Positions 48,389-57,911 of a stretch of 60,212 nucleotides of DNA are shown here, in pieces; the first letter of the stretch is position 1, and every line of letters begins with the position of its first letter. Source of the stretch: Nocardioides sp. (GTDB lineage Bacteria; Actinomycetota; Actinomycetes; Propionibacteriales; Nocardioidaceae); contig NZ_DASWVI010000147.1 of assembly GCF_036401255.1 (NCBI RefSeq), positions 1 through 60,212 of the forward strand, written 5' to 3'. Below the pieces are notes generated by a model that was given only the letters and a program-made list of their open reading frames with translations, ran no database searches and was not told the origin of the DNA. The position numbers and the translations under genes were made by a program.

Positions 48389-48910
48389 ATGTTCACAGCT
48401 CTCTCACGTAGCGCACCGGCACTGGCCATCGCCGCCGGCGCCCTGCTGCTCTCGGCCACCGGCGGCGCGGTCGCCGCCACGGTCATCACCGGTGCCGACA
48501 TCAAGGACGGCACCGTGACCACCAGGGACATCAAGAACTCCACCCTCAAGACCGCCGACCTCTCCGCGGCCGCGATCGCCGCACTGGAGGGCGACCCGGG
48601 CCCCGCGGGACCGCAGGGTGACCCGGGGCAGGCGGGACCTCCGGGACCGGTCGGGCCCGCCGGAGCACCGGGCATCAGCGGCTGGGAGCTCGTCAGCAAC
48701 AGCACCAGCGTCCCCAGTGGTGCCGACGGCACGGTCTACGCCACCTGCCCCACCGGCAAGAAGACACTGGGCATCGCGGGCTACTTCGTGACCGGCACCG
48801 AGGGCATCCAGTCCAACCTGGCCACCGCCACCGGGGCCGTGTACGGCCACAACAGCAAGGCGACCGCCAACACCCTGGTCATCGAGATCATCTGCGCCAC
48901 CGTCGGCTGA
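48389..48910 (+). CDS. secreted collagen-like protein
   Basis: Signal peptide; ITGADIKDGTVTTRDIKNSTL repeat; about 9 Gly-X-Y triplets; two-Cys C-terminal domain. Confidence 0.8.
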   Translation: MFTALSRSAPALAIAAGALLLSATGGAVAATVITGADIKDGTVTTRDIKNSTLKTADLSAAAIAALEGDPGPAGPQGDPGQAGPPGPVGPAGAPGISGWELVSNSTSVPSGADGTVYATCPTGKKTLGIAGYFVTGTEGIQSNLATATGAVYGHNSKATANTLVIEIICATVG

Positions 48911-49670
48911 CCGGCTCGCCGGGGCGGGCGGTCGCGGCGACGAAAGCCTCTCCGTCGAGGACGGGTACGGCGGCACACGCGTCGTGCTCGGCCGCGACCG
49001 CCACGTCCCCGGCGAAGCCGATCTCCACGAGCTCTCGGCCACTGGCGCAGTCGTGCAGCTCCTCGGTCAGGCGCGCCTCGACCGCCCGGAACGCGCATTC
49101 GGCCACGCGCGCTTCCGGGCTGAGGCCGGTCGCGCCGAGGTCGACGAGCGCCGCCACCACCGCGCCCGCGCCCCAGAGGTCCTCGACCGCGGGACGCAGC
49201 GACCCGTCGGGCCAGCGCTCACCGGCAGCGACGACCGCGACCGACGCACCGTCGGGGAGCCAGCGCGCGACGGCGACGGCGTTGCGCAAGGACGCACCGA
49301 CGACGGTGACGCCGGCATCGGCCAGGCCGAACGCGATCGACGAGCCGTTGGGCGAGGGCAGCACCAACCGCTCGATCCCCTCCGCGGCCCGCACCGACAC
49401 CGGCGACAGGCTGACGCCGGTCCGCTCCGACCGCCCGGTCGCCAGCACCGCGGCGCGCTCAGCGGCGTACGCCGTCGCTCGCTCGTCCTTCCAGCGGAAG
49501 GGATAGACGGTGATCCCCCGCTCCACGGCCACGGTGAGCGTGGTCGTGAACGACAGCACGTCGACCACGACCGCCACGTCCGCGCCGCCGACGATCGCTG
49601 CAGCACCGGTCGCTCCCCACTCGAACCGCAGCCGATACGCCGACTGCGTGTGTGCCCCCATGCCCGTCAC
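48888..49670 (-). CDS. 2-phosphosulfolactate phosphatase (ComB) family protein
   Basis: VVVDVLSFTT, SLSP, LPSPNGS, AAGERW, RPAVEDLWGAG. Confidence 0.85.
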   Translation of the reverse strand: MTGMGAHTQSAYRLRFEWGATGAAAIVGGADVAVVVDVLSFTTTLTVAVERGITVYPFRWKDERATAYAAERAAVLATGRSERTGVSLSPVSVRAAEGIERLVLPSPNGSSIAFGLADAGVTVVGASLRNAVAVARWLPDGASVAVVAAGERWPDGSLRPAVEDLWGAGAVVAALVDLGATGLSPEARVAECAFRAVEARLTEELHDCASGRELVEIGFAGDVAVAAEHDACAAVPVLDGEAFVAATARPGEPVSRRWRR

Positions 49671-49697
49671 GACGTCCTCCCGGGTGCGCTGTCATCT

Positions 49698-49774
49698 CGC
49701 TGTAACGCCGTGTTACCCCCTCTGCCCACGATGTTGCAGCACGGGGATAGAGCGGGTAAACGGGCGTTACAGCG
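49698..49774. repeat. long imperfect inverted repeat, family B copy 2
   Basis: cgctgtaacgcc ... ggcgttacagcg with a TGTTGCA loop. Confidence 0.75.
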
Positions 49775-49789
49775 GGGAAGGCCGACCCG

Positions 49790-51739
49790 TCACCAGATCC
49801 GGACCCGCTGCTCCGGGTCGAGCCACAGGCCATCGCCGGGCTGGGTGTCGAAGACCTCGTGGAACTCGTCGAGGTTGCGCACGATGTTGGCGCGGAACTC
49901 CGGCGGGCTGTGCGGGTCGATGGTGAGGTACTGCTGCTCCTGCTCCTTGCGCCGCTTGGTGCGCCAGCAGTAGGCCCAGTTCAAGAACACCTTCCGCCGG
50001 TCCTCGGCCGGGGCGTCCCCGCCGCGCGAGATGAGGTACGCCGTGTGCCCGATGGTCAGGCCGCCGAGGTCGCCGATGTTCTCGCCCACGGTGAGCGCCC
50101 CGTTGACGCGCTCGCCGGGCAGGGCGCGGGGCTCGAAGCCGTCGTACTGCTCGATCAGCGCCTTCGACTTCACCTCGAAGGCGGCCTTGTCGTCGGGGGT
50201 CCACCAGTCGTGCAGGTTGCCCTGGCCGTCGTACTGGGCACCCTGGTCGTCGAAGCCGTGGCCGATCTCGTGGCCGATGACCGCGCCGATGCCGCCGTAG
50301 TTCTCCGCGTCCTCGGCGTCCGGGGAGAAGAACGGCCGCTGCAGGATCCCGGCCGGGAAGCAGATCTCGTTGGTGCCGGGGTTGTAGTAGGCGTTGACGG
50401 TCTGCGGGAGCATGAACCACTCGTCGCGGTCGACCGGCGAGCCGATCTTCCGCAGCTGCCGGTCGGTCTCGAACGCCGACGCGGCGGCCACGTTGCCGAG
50501 CAGGTCGTCGCGGGTCACCCGCAGGGTCGAGTAGTCCCGGAACTTCTCGGGGTAGCCGATCTTGGGCCGGAACGTGTCGAGCTTCTCGTAGGCCCGCTGC
50601 TTGGTCTCCTCGGTCATCCAGTCCAGCCGCGAGATCGACTGGCGGTACGCCGCGAGCAGGTTGGCCACCAGGTCGTCCATCATCGCCTTGGCGCGGGGCG
50701 GGAAGTGCCGGGCGACGTACTCCTTGCCGACCGCCTCGCCGATCGCGCCCTCGACGAGCGCGACCCCCCGCTTCCACCGGGCCCGCAACTCGGGGGTGCC
50801 GTTGAGCGTGCGGCCGTAGAAGTCGAAGTTGGTCTCGACGAAGTCGTCGGTGAGGTACGGCGCGGCCGCGCGCAGCACGTGGGCCAGCAGCCACTGCCGC
50901 CAGTCCTCGAGCGGGATCTCCTCGAGCACCGAGGAGAGGTGCGAGAAGTACGACGGCTGCCGCACGCACACCTCGGCGAGCGTGGCCTCGTCGCCACCGA
51001 GGTTGGTGACGTAGGCGCTCCAGTCGAAGGCCGGGCACAGCTCGACGAGCTCGGCGAACGTCATCAGGTTGTAGGTCTTCTGCACGTCGCGGGTCTCGGC
51101 GCGCTCCCAGTGACCGGCGGCCATGCGGGTGTCGATCGCGAGGACCGTCGCGGCCGCGGCGCCCGGGTCGGGGTGCTCCCCGAGGCCGAAGAGCGTCGTC
51201 AGGTACGCGACGTACTTCTCCCGGATCTCGGCGAACTTGTCGTCGCGGTAGTAGGACTCGTCGGGCAGGCCGAGCCCGCCCTGCACGAGGTTGAACAGGT
51301 AGCGGTCGGAGTTCTTGGAGTCGGTGTCGACGTAGGAGCCGAACATCCCGTGGCCGCCGATGCGCTCGAACTCACCGAGGAAGGCCGCGAGGTCGCGGAT
51401 GTCGCGCAGGCCGGCGACGGCGTCGACCAGGGGGCGCACCGGCGCGAGGCCGCGCCGCGCGATGGTGTCGGTGTCCATGAACGACGCGAACAGGTCGCCG
51501 ATCTTGTGCGCGTCGTCGTCGACCTCCTCGCCGGCGAGGACCTTGCGGGCCAGGTCCTCGATGATCGCGTGCACGTGTTCCTCGGCGGCGTCCGAGAGCT
51601 CGACGAACGGCCCCCAGCTCGAGCGGTCGGCGGGGATCTCGGTCTCGTCCAGCCACCGGCCGTTCACGTGGCCGAAGAGGTCGTCCTGGGGCCGGATGTC
51701 GGGGTTCATGCCCGCCCGGGCGTCGTCGAGGATGCTCAC
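49790..51739 (-). CDS. M13 family zinc metallopeptidase (PepO/Zmp1-like)
   Basis: VNAYY, HEIGH, GENIGDLGG, DPHSPPEFR; GTG 7 nt after TACTGT. Confidence 0.95.
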   Translation of the reverse strand: MSILDDARAGMNPDIRPQDDLFGHVNGRWLDETEIPADRSSWGPFVELSDAAEEHVHAIIEDLARKVLAGEEVDDDAHKIGDLFASFMDTDTIARRGLAPVRPLVDAVAGLRDIRDLAAFLGEFERIGGHGMFGSYVDTDSKNSDRYLFNLVQGGLGLPDESYYRDDKFAEIREKYVAYLTTLFGLGEHPDPGAAAATVLAIDTRMAAGHWERAETRDVQKTYNLMTFAELVELCPAFDWSAYVTNLGGDEATLAEVCVRQPSYFSHLSSVLEEIPLEDWRQWLLAHVLRAAAPYLTDDFVETNFDFYGRTLNGTPELRARWKRGVALVEGAIGEAVGKEYVARHFPPRAKAMMDDLVANLLAAYRQSISRLDWMTEETKQRAYEKLDTFRPKIGYPEKFRDYSTLRVTRDDLLGNVAAASAFETDRQLRKIGSPVDRDEWFMLPQTVNAYYNPGTNEICFPAGILQRPFFSPDAEDAENYGGIGAVIGHEIGHGFDDQGAQYDGQGNLHDWWTPDDKAAFEVKSKALIEQYDGFEPRALPGERVNGALTVGENIGDLGGLTIGHTAYLISRGGDAPAEDRRKVFLNWAYCWRTKRRKEQEQQYLTIDPHSPPEFRANIVRNLDEFHEVFDTQPGDGLWLDPEQRVRIW

Positions 51740-51906
51740 GGCGACGACAGTAGCCGGGCGCGGGCGAGGTATGCCTCCTGCTTCGCGCAGGGCGAACGCG
51801 CGGCCCACACGGACCGAGCACCGGCCCGGCACGGGCAGCCAGGACCTCCGACCGTGGCGCACGCGGGTGGACGGTGCCAGAGTCGGCTCCAACGGGAGGT
51901 ACCGCC

Positions 51907-53343
51907 ATGCGCTCGTCACGTCGTCTCGCTGCCCTCGTCGCCACGCTCGGGCTGGCCCTGCCCCTCACGGTGGGTACGGCCCTCGTCGCGTCACCCAGCA
52001 CGGCCGATCCCGCGCCTCCGCTCGACCGCGGCGCGCCCGGGACCTGGACGAAGGTGACCACCGGCAAGGTCCTCAACATCTCCGAGCCCGGGCTCTACCG
52101 CACCGCCGACGGGGTCCTGCACGTGCTCTACCCACGCCAGAACGCCTCCACCGACGACATCGCGTTCACCAACATCGGCCCCACCGGCGCCGTCGTCGCG
52201 ACCGGCGACGCGGTGGCCGGCTGGGCGGACCTGCCGCAGGACCCGAAGGTCGTGGGTCTGCCCGGTGGCGGGATCCGGCTGGTGTTCGGCGGCATCCACG
52301 ACATCTACGGCGGGGACCCCTACGACACCGGCCAGATGTTCAGCGCCACCTCCGACGCCGGCGGCACGACCTGGACCCTCGCGCAGGGTGCGCTGACCGA
52401 GAGCCACTACGCCTACGCCAGCTACGGCACCGGGGCCACCACGCTCGCCGACGGCACGCCGGTGGTGTCGTTCCCGCTGAACTCCATGCTGACCTGGAAC
52501 GCCGGCACGCCGACCGACTCGACCTTCACGGTGTCCTCGTGCTGCCTCTACGACTCCACGCTGGTCCGCGACGACGACGAGGTCTGGGTCGCGTACGCCG
52601 GCAACGGCAGCTCGGCCTCGACCGCCGGCCTCTTCGTCAAGCAGCTGCTGCCCACGGACACCGGCCCCACCTTCAAGATGCCCCGGTCCAGCGAGGGCAC
52701 CGACGTGAGCACCCCGAGCCAGTCGACCGCGTTCGTAGCGCGGCCGGGCGGCGGGATGTACGCGGCGTACTGCATCGGCTATCCGACCTGCGACCGGATC
52801 GGGCTGTGGCGGTTCGGCAGCGACGAGCCCGTCACCGTCCCCGGCTCGAAGGGCGCCCGCGACATCGCGCTGGCCTCCGGCCCCGGCGGCCGGCTCTGGA
52901 TCGCGTGGACGACCTACGACCAGGTCAAGGTCGTGCGCACCGCGACCACGGGCACCCGCTTCGGCGCGGTCCGCACGATCAAGCCCCCGCCGGCCGCGGA
53001 CAGCCTGCACGGCGTGTTCGTCGCTGGCTCGGACGGGTCCGCGGACGTGCTGCTCAACAACGGCTCGGCCCTGTTCCACCAGCAGGTGCTCCCCGGGCTG
53101 AGCCTCACGGCCGCGCCCCGGTCGTGGCGCCACGGCACCCGGCAGAAGGTGACGTTCACCGCCACCGACGCCGGCGCCGCGATCGGCGGGGCGCGGGTGA
53201 GCGCCGCCGGCCGGTCCTGCACCACCGCGGCCGCGACCGGGCGCTGCTCGATCACGTTCCGGATCGCGACCTCGAAGCGGTTCGTCGCCACCGTCCACGC
53301 TGACGGCTACGCCGCCGGCAGGGTCCGGCTCCGGGTCCGCTGA
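51907..53343 (+). CDS. secreted beta-propeller-like protein with C-terminal Ig-like domain
   Basis: RBS GGGAGG; signal peptide; Asp-box-like SDAGGTTW; beta-rich. Confidence 0.7.
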   Translation: MRSSRRLAALVATLGLALPLTVGTALVASPSTADPAPPLDRGAPGTWTKVTTGKVLNISEPGLYRTADGVLHVLYPRQNASTDDIAFTNIGPTGAVVATGDAVAGWADLPQDPKVVGLPGGGIRLVFGGIHDIYGGDPYDTGQMFSATSDAGGTTWTLAQGALTESHYAYASYGTGATTLADGTPVVSFPLNSMLTWNAGTPTDSTFTVSSCCLYDSTLVRDDDEVWVAYAGNGSSASTAGLFVKQLLPTDTGPTFKMPRSSEGTDVSTPSQSTAFVARPGGGMYAAYCIGYPTCDRIGLWRFGSDEPVTVPGSKGARDIALASGPGGRLWIAWTTYDQVKVVRTATTGTRFGAVRTIKPPPAADSLHGVFVAGSDGSADVLLNNGSALFHQQVLPGLSLTAAPRSWRHGTRQKVTFTATDAGAAIGGARVSAAGRSCTTAAATGRCSITFRIATSKRFVATVHADGYAAGRVRLRVR

Positions 53344-53366
53344 CCTCGTCCGCGGGCCCCATCTCC

Positions 53367-53429
53367 CGTCGAGACACCAGGAATGGCTGCTCCGCGGCCG
53401 CAACGACAGCCACTTCTGGTGTCTCGACG
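53367..53429. repeat. inverted repeat (REP-like or terminator) between convergent genes
   Basis: cgtcgagacaccag..tggctg ... cagcca..ctggtgtctcgacg. Confidence 0.7.
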
Positions 53430-53449
53430 CGAGGCGGGCGCCGGAGCGG

Positions 53450-54412
53450 CTACCTGACCCGCAGCACCGACTTGCCGAGCGTGCGGCGCTGGTCCATGTC
53501 GACGAGTGCCCGCGCGACGTCGTCGAGGTCGTACGTCGCGCCGACCGGCGGCTTGACCACGCCCGACTCCAGCATGGGCAGCAGCGCGGCCCACTGCTGC
53601 TGCATGTAGCCCGGGCGCATCATCGCGTAGGCGCCCCAGCCCACGCCGCGGACGTCGACGTTGTTGAGCAGCAGCCGGTTGACCTTGACCTCGGGGATGC
53701 CCTGGCCGGCGGCGAACCCGACCACCAGCAGCCGGCCCTGGGAGGCCAGGCAGCGCAGCGAGTCGGTGAAGACCGTGCCGCCGACGACGTCGACGACCAC
53801 GTCGACCCCGCGGCCGTCGGTGAGCTGCATGACGGCGTCCTTGAAGCCGTCGAGCAGCACGGCCTCGTCGGCACCCGCGGCCCGGGCCACCTCGGCCTTC
53901 TCCTCGGTGCTGACCACGGCGACGGTGCGTGCGCCGTACCCCTTCGCGACCTGGAGCGACGCGGTGCCGACGCCACCGGCGGCGCCGTGCACGAGCACGG
54001 TCTCCCCCGCACGCAGGCCGCCGCGCTCGGCGAGCGCGAACTGGGCGGTGAGGTAGTTCATCGGCAACGCCGCGCCCTCGTCGAAGGAGACGTGGTCGGG
54101 CAGCGCGAACGTGAACATCGCCGGGTTGGCGACCAGCTCGGCGGCTCCGCCGTACCCGTTCACGCCGGCGACGCGCTGGCCCGGCTCGAACGGTCCGCCG
54201 CTGACGACGGTGCCGGCGAAGTCGACCCCGAGCGTGAACGGGACGTCGGGCTTGAGCTGGTACTCGCCCTTGCTCAGCAGCAGGTCGGGGAACGAGATCC
54301 CGACCCGATGCACCTCGACGAGCACGTCGTCGGGACCGGGCGTCGGGTCGGGGACGTCGCGCACGACGACGTCGGAGGGACCGGTGGTGTCGAGCACTTG
54401 GGCGGCACGCAT
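53450..54412 (-). CDS. NADPH:quinone oxidoreductase (MDR family)
   Basis: LVHGAAGGVGTA, GRGVDVVVDVVGG, GRLLVVGFAAG. Confidence 0.92.
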   Translation of the reverse strand: MRAAQVLDTTGPSDVVVRDVPDPTPGPDDVLVEVHRVGISFPDLLLSKGEYQLKPDVPFTLGVDFAGTVVSGGPFEPGQRVAGVNGYGGAAELVANPAMFTFALPDHVSFDEGAALPMNYLTAQFALAERGGLRAGETVLVHGAAGGVGTASLQVAKGYGARTVAVVSTEEKAEVARAAGADEAVLLDGFKDAVMQLTDGRGVDVVVDVVGGTVFTDSLRCLASQGRLLVVGFAAGQGIPEVKVNRLLLNNVDVRGVGWGAYAMMRPGYMQQQWAALLPMLESGVVKPPVGATYDLDDVARALVDMDQRRTLGKSVLRVR

Positions 54413-54437
54413 GGGTCAGGACCCTAGGACATGGGCC

Positions 54438-54821
54438 TCAGTCGGCCCGGTCGTAGGCCTCGCGGAGCCAGCCCAGGAGCTCGGCGTCGAGGTCGACGGC
54501 CGGGTCGCGCAGCTCGACGTGGTGGACGACGTGCCGCGGCGAGGTGCGCACGGCCTGCTTGACCCGCGGGGAGTCGAGCTCGTGGTCGAGCGCGAAGGTC
54601 AGCACCACGTCGGCGGCGGGGCTGCGGAGGTACTGCCGGGGGTTCCACAGCCACGCGAACCCACGCCCGCGGCGGAACCCGATCTGGCTGCGGCCGACGC
54701 GCTCCTCGCAGCCTCCCCAGCCGGTGATCGTCTCGTGCACGATGCGGTACGCCGCCAGGCCGGTCTCCCCCGCACCGAAGAGGTCGGCCGGCGTGCGCGG
54801 CGCGGGACCGGCGGCGCTCAC
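54438..54821 (-). CDS. DUF5655-like protein
   Basis: RSQIGFRRGRGFAWLW...HHVEL...ELLGWLREAY; GTGA coupling. Confidence 0.7.
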   Translation of the reverse strand: MSAAGPAPRTPADLFGAGETGLAAYRIVHETITGWGGCEERVGRSQIGFRRGRGFAWLWNPRQYLRSPAADVVLTFALDHELDSPRVKQAVRTSPRHVVHHVELRDPAVDLDAELLGWLREAYDRAD

Positions 54822-56047
54822 CGCGGCTCGACCAGGCGGTTCATCTCGAAGTGCATGGGATCGGTGTAGCGCCAGTCGCCGCCCCACGTGAAGCCCCAGC
54901 GCTTGAAGATCGCGACCACGCCGCGGTCGATCTCGCCGGCGGTGCCGCGCTGGTTGCCGGGCACGTTCAGGTCCAGCGCCAGCCCGAACGCGTGGTTGGA
55001 GAGCGTGGTGCTGCCGGCGATGAAGCGCGGGTAGTAGCAGCCGGCGTACTCCCCGGGATGGATCTTGTCGGCGAGCCCCTGGGCGACGACGTCCTCGAGC
55101 GCGGCCCGCAACTGCGGGATCATCAGCCGGTTGCAGGTGACGTTGCCGAGGATCGGCACCGGCTCGGTCACGATGTGCGCCGCCACCCAGGCCGGGTCGG
55201 GTGCGATCCGGCCACCGCCGAGCACGCTGTAGCGGAACGTGCCCACGGCGTCGGCGATGGTGCCGACGACCACCGCGGTCTGCACGACGCCGGGGTCGAG
55301 GCCCTTGCGTGCGACGACATCGGTCATCTGCACGGACGCGTCGGTGCCGCGCAGGATCCGGGTGATCGGCTTGCGCAGCGTCTCGGGTGCGGTGCCGCCG
55401 GTGCGGATCAGCAGCGCGTTGCCCTCGGTCATGTCCAGGTCGGGGATCCAGGTCTCGTTCACGACGGCGTCGACCAGCCACGACTGCTGTGCGTAGGCAC
55501 CGACGTGCACCTTGGGGGCGTCGGCGGTGCTGCCCAGGGCGAGGAAGTCCTCGGCGTCCAGCGGCGCCCGCTCCTCCAGCGCCGGGCGCAGGGCGACCTC
55601 GCCGCCCGCGACCCGGTCCCACACCTCTGCGGTCTGGGCGCTGCCGGCCGCCGTGACCCAGTTGCGGTACGTCGCCGGGTCGACCGCCGCGACGCTCAGC
55701 GCCCGGTTCTCGATCGGGATCGACACCAGCGAGATCTGCTCGACGTCCTGCACGCCCTCGAGGCGCCGGATCCGGTCCACGGTGGCCTTCGGGAGCGGCT
55801 TCGAGCCGTTCGCGACGATGTCGGCCGGTGCGATCGCGCCGGTCCGCGGTCCCGGCGGGTCCACCGCGTGCGCCGGGTCCAGGGCAGGCGATGCGGTCTG
55901 GCCGCCGGCCGCGGTGGTCGCGCTCCCGCCCGACGGGCTCGGAGAGGTGGTGCCGGACTCCGCCGATCCGTTGCAGGCACTCGCGAGCGCGGCCAGCAGC
56001 ACCACCACCGCGCCGGCGGTCGTCGTGCGCGCGCGCCCGAGTGCCAT
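54818..56047 (-). CDS. M15 family metallopeptidase lipoprotein (cell-wall peptidase)
   Basis: Lipobox LASAC; SNHAFGLALD, WGGDW, DPMHFE. Confidence 0.85.
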   Translation of the reverse strand: MALGRARTTTAGAVVVLLAALASACNGSAESGTTSPSPSGGSATTAAGGQTASPALDPAHAVDPPGPRTGAIAPADIVANGSKPLPKATVDRIRRLEGVQDVEQISLVSIPIENRALSVAAVDPATYRNWVTAAGSAQTAEVWDRVAGGEVALRPALEERAPLDAEDFLALGSTADAPKVHVGAYAQQSWLVDAVVNETWIPDLDMTEGNALLIRTGGTAPETLRKPITRILRGTDASVQMTDVVARKGLDPGVVQTAVVVGTIADAVGTFRYSVLGGGRIAPDPAWVAAHIVTEPVPILGNVTCNRLMIPQLRAALEDVVAQGLADKIHPGEYAGCYYPRFIAGSTTLSNHAFGLALDLNVPGNQRGTAGEIDRGVVAIFKRWGFTWGGDWRYTDPMHFEMNRLVEPR

Positions 56048-56134
56048 CACATCCCTCCCGGCGGCCAGGGTACGTCGCGATCGCCCGAACGGTCGCCGCT
56101 CGGCGGCGGGCTTCGGGGTCCAGCGCCGGTCGGA

Positions 56135-56216
56135 ATCCCCGGTCCACCGGGGAATCTTCCGCTTGTCAGGGGTTGCAACCCCCGACAAGCGGGAACAACC
56201 CCGGCCCACCGGGGAT
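56135..56216. repeat. three-hairpin REP-like element
   Basis: ccccggtccaccgggg / ccgcttgtcaggggtt-gc-aacccccgacaagcgg / ccccggcccaccgggg. Confidence 0.7.
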
Positions 56217-56281
56217 CCTCCGCCTCCCGCCGGACCGCCGCACCGTCCGTCCGGAGGCGCCAGGATGGGAGACTGTCCCGC

Positions 56282-57142
56282 GTGTCCGAGTTCGTGCTGA
56301 TCCTGTCCTGCCCCGACCGCCCCGGCATCGTCCACGCCGTGACCGGCTTCCTGGTGGAGCGCGGCGCGAACATCACCGAGAGCCAGCAGTTCGGCGACGC
56401 GCTCAGCGGACAGTTCTTCATGCGGATCGCGGTCGAGGTCCCCGCCGATGGTCGGGGGAGCGTCGACGAGGCGAGCCTGCGCACCGAGTTCGCGCCGGTG
56501 GCCGAGGAGTTCGAGATGCGCTTCGAGATCCGCGACGCGACCGCGCCGTACCGCACGATCATCATGGTCTCCAAGGACCTGCACTGCCTCAACGACCTGC
56601 TGTTCCGCGCGAGCACCGGCTCGCTGGGCATCGAGGTCGCCGCGGTCGTGTCCAACCATCGCGACGCCGAGCCGATGGCGGCGTCGTACGGCGTGCCGTT
56701 CCACCACGTCCCGGTCACCGCGGACACCAAGCCGCAGGCCGAGGCGCGGCTGCTCGAGCTGGTCGGCGAGCTCGACGTGCACCTGGTGGTGCTCGCCCGC
56801 TACATGCAGATCCTCTCCGACCGGCTGTGCCGCGAGCTGGCCGGCCACGCGATCAACATCCACCACTCGTTCCTGCCGAGCTTCAAGGGCGCGAAGCCCT
56901 ACCACCAGGCCTTCGACCGCGGGGTCAAGCTGGTCGGCGCGACCGCCCACTACGTCACCGGGGACCTCGACGAGGGGCCGATCATCGAGCAGGACGTGAT
57001 GCGCGTGGACCACGGGTTCTCCCAGGCCCAGCTGGTCTCGGCGGGCCGGGACGTCGAGACCCAGGTGCTCGCCCGCGCGGTGCGCTGGCACGCCGAGTCG
57101 CGGGTGCTGCTCAACGGCCACCGCACGGTGGTGTTCCGCTGA
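56282..57142 (+). CDS. purU: formyltetrahydrofolate deformylase
   Basis: ACT domain SCPDRPGIV; LARYMQILS, INIHHSFLPSFKGAKPYHQA, LDEGPIIEQDV. Confidence 0.95.
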   Translation: MSEFVLILSCPDRPGIVHAVTGFLVERGANITESQQFGDALSGQFFMRIAVEVPADGRGSVDEASLRTEFAPVAEEFEMRFEIRDATAPYRTIIMVSKDLHCLNDLLFRASTGSLGIEVAAVVSNHRDAEPMAASYGVPFHHVPVTADTKPQAEARLLELVGELDVHLVVLARYMQILSDRLCRELAGHAINIHHSFLPSFKGAKPYHQAFDRGVKLVGATAHYVTGDLDEGPIIEQDVMRVDHGFSQAQLVSAGRDVETQVLARAVRWHAESRVLLNGHRTVVFR

Positions 57143-57157
57143 GCCGACCCTCGACGG

Positions 57158-57340
57158 TCAGACGGACCAGCTGACCGACTCGACGGCGACGTCGGCCGGC
57201 TTGTAGACGCCGACCAGGTCGGGACGCCGCGCCATCAGGTCGACGAGGTCGCTGGGGTGCACGGCGACCCGGGCCTTGCGTGCCGAGGGCACCTCGTCGC
57301 GGGGTGCCGGGCGCGTCGGCGCCGTGAGCATCGTGGTCAT
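57158..57340 (-). CDS. small hypothetical protein (60 aa)
   Basis: RBS GGAGGGG; MTTMLTAPTR...RRPDLVGVYKPADVAVESVSWSV. Confidence 0.55.
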   Translation of the reverse strand: MTTMLTAPTRPAPRDEVPSARKARVAVHPSDLVDLMARRPDLVGVYKPADVAVESVSWSV

Positions 57341-57447
57341 CTGCTTGTCCCCTCCCGGAGCGGGTCCCGTCGGGACCTCCGTACCCATCCCGATCGGCCC
57401 CACACGGCGACTCCTTAAGGCTTGCGCACCGGCGTAGGTTCACCGGG

Positions 57448-57900
57448 GTGAGCGCGAGCCATCCCTTCGTCGCCCAGACCGTCCTCGACTGCCGCCACCC
57501 GCGGGTGCTGGCCGAGTTCTACCGCGAGCTGCTCGGCTACGCCTACCGGCCCGGCGACGAGCCACCGCCGCCCGGGGCCGACGATCCGCGAGGCACGGAC
57601 TGGCTGGTCCTGCGGCCCGGCCCCGATGCCGCGGACTCCGGCCGCGGCCTGGCGTTCCAGGCCAACGCCGAGTACGTGCCACCGGTGTGGACGCCGGGTC
57701 CGGACCGGCCCGGGGACCAGCAGATGATGCTGCACCTCGACCTGACCGTGCCCGACCGCGAGAGTCTCGAGACCCAGCGCGCCCGGGTCGTCGAGCTCGG
57801 CGGTCGGGTGCTGCTCGACCGCACCGACGACGAGGACGAGCCGCTCTACGTCTTCGCCGACCCGGCCGGGCACCCGTTCTGCATCTTCGTCGCCGGCTAG
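57448..57900 (+). CDS. VOC/glyoxalase family protein
   Basis: VLDC..LAEFYRELLG, LAFQ, QQMMLHLDL, DPAGHPFC. Confidence 0.9.
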   Translation: MSASHPFVAQTVLDCRHPRVLAEFYRELLGYAYRPGDEPPPPGADDPRGTDWLVLRPGPDAADSGRGLAFQANAEYVPPVWTPGPDRPGDQQMMLHLDLTVPDRESLETQRARVVELGGRVLLDRTDDEDEPLYVFADPAGHPFCIFVAG

Positions 57901-57911
57901 CGTCTTTGCGG

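Noticed and set aside
56100-56281. ZTP (pfl) or THF riboswitch upstream of purU
   Set aside because: No recognisable aptamer consensus; the structure is a symmetric REP-like triple hairpin. An Rfam scan would settle it.
56048-57121. N-terminal extension of the M15 peptidase ORF
   Set aside because: Antisense to purU; the lipoprotein signal begins at 56047 after an RBS.
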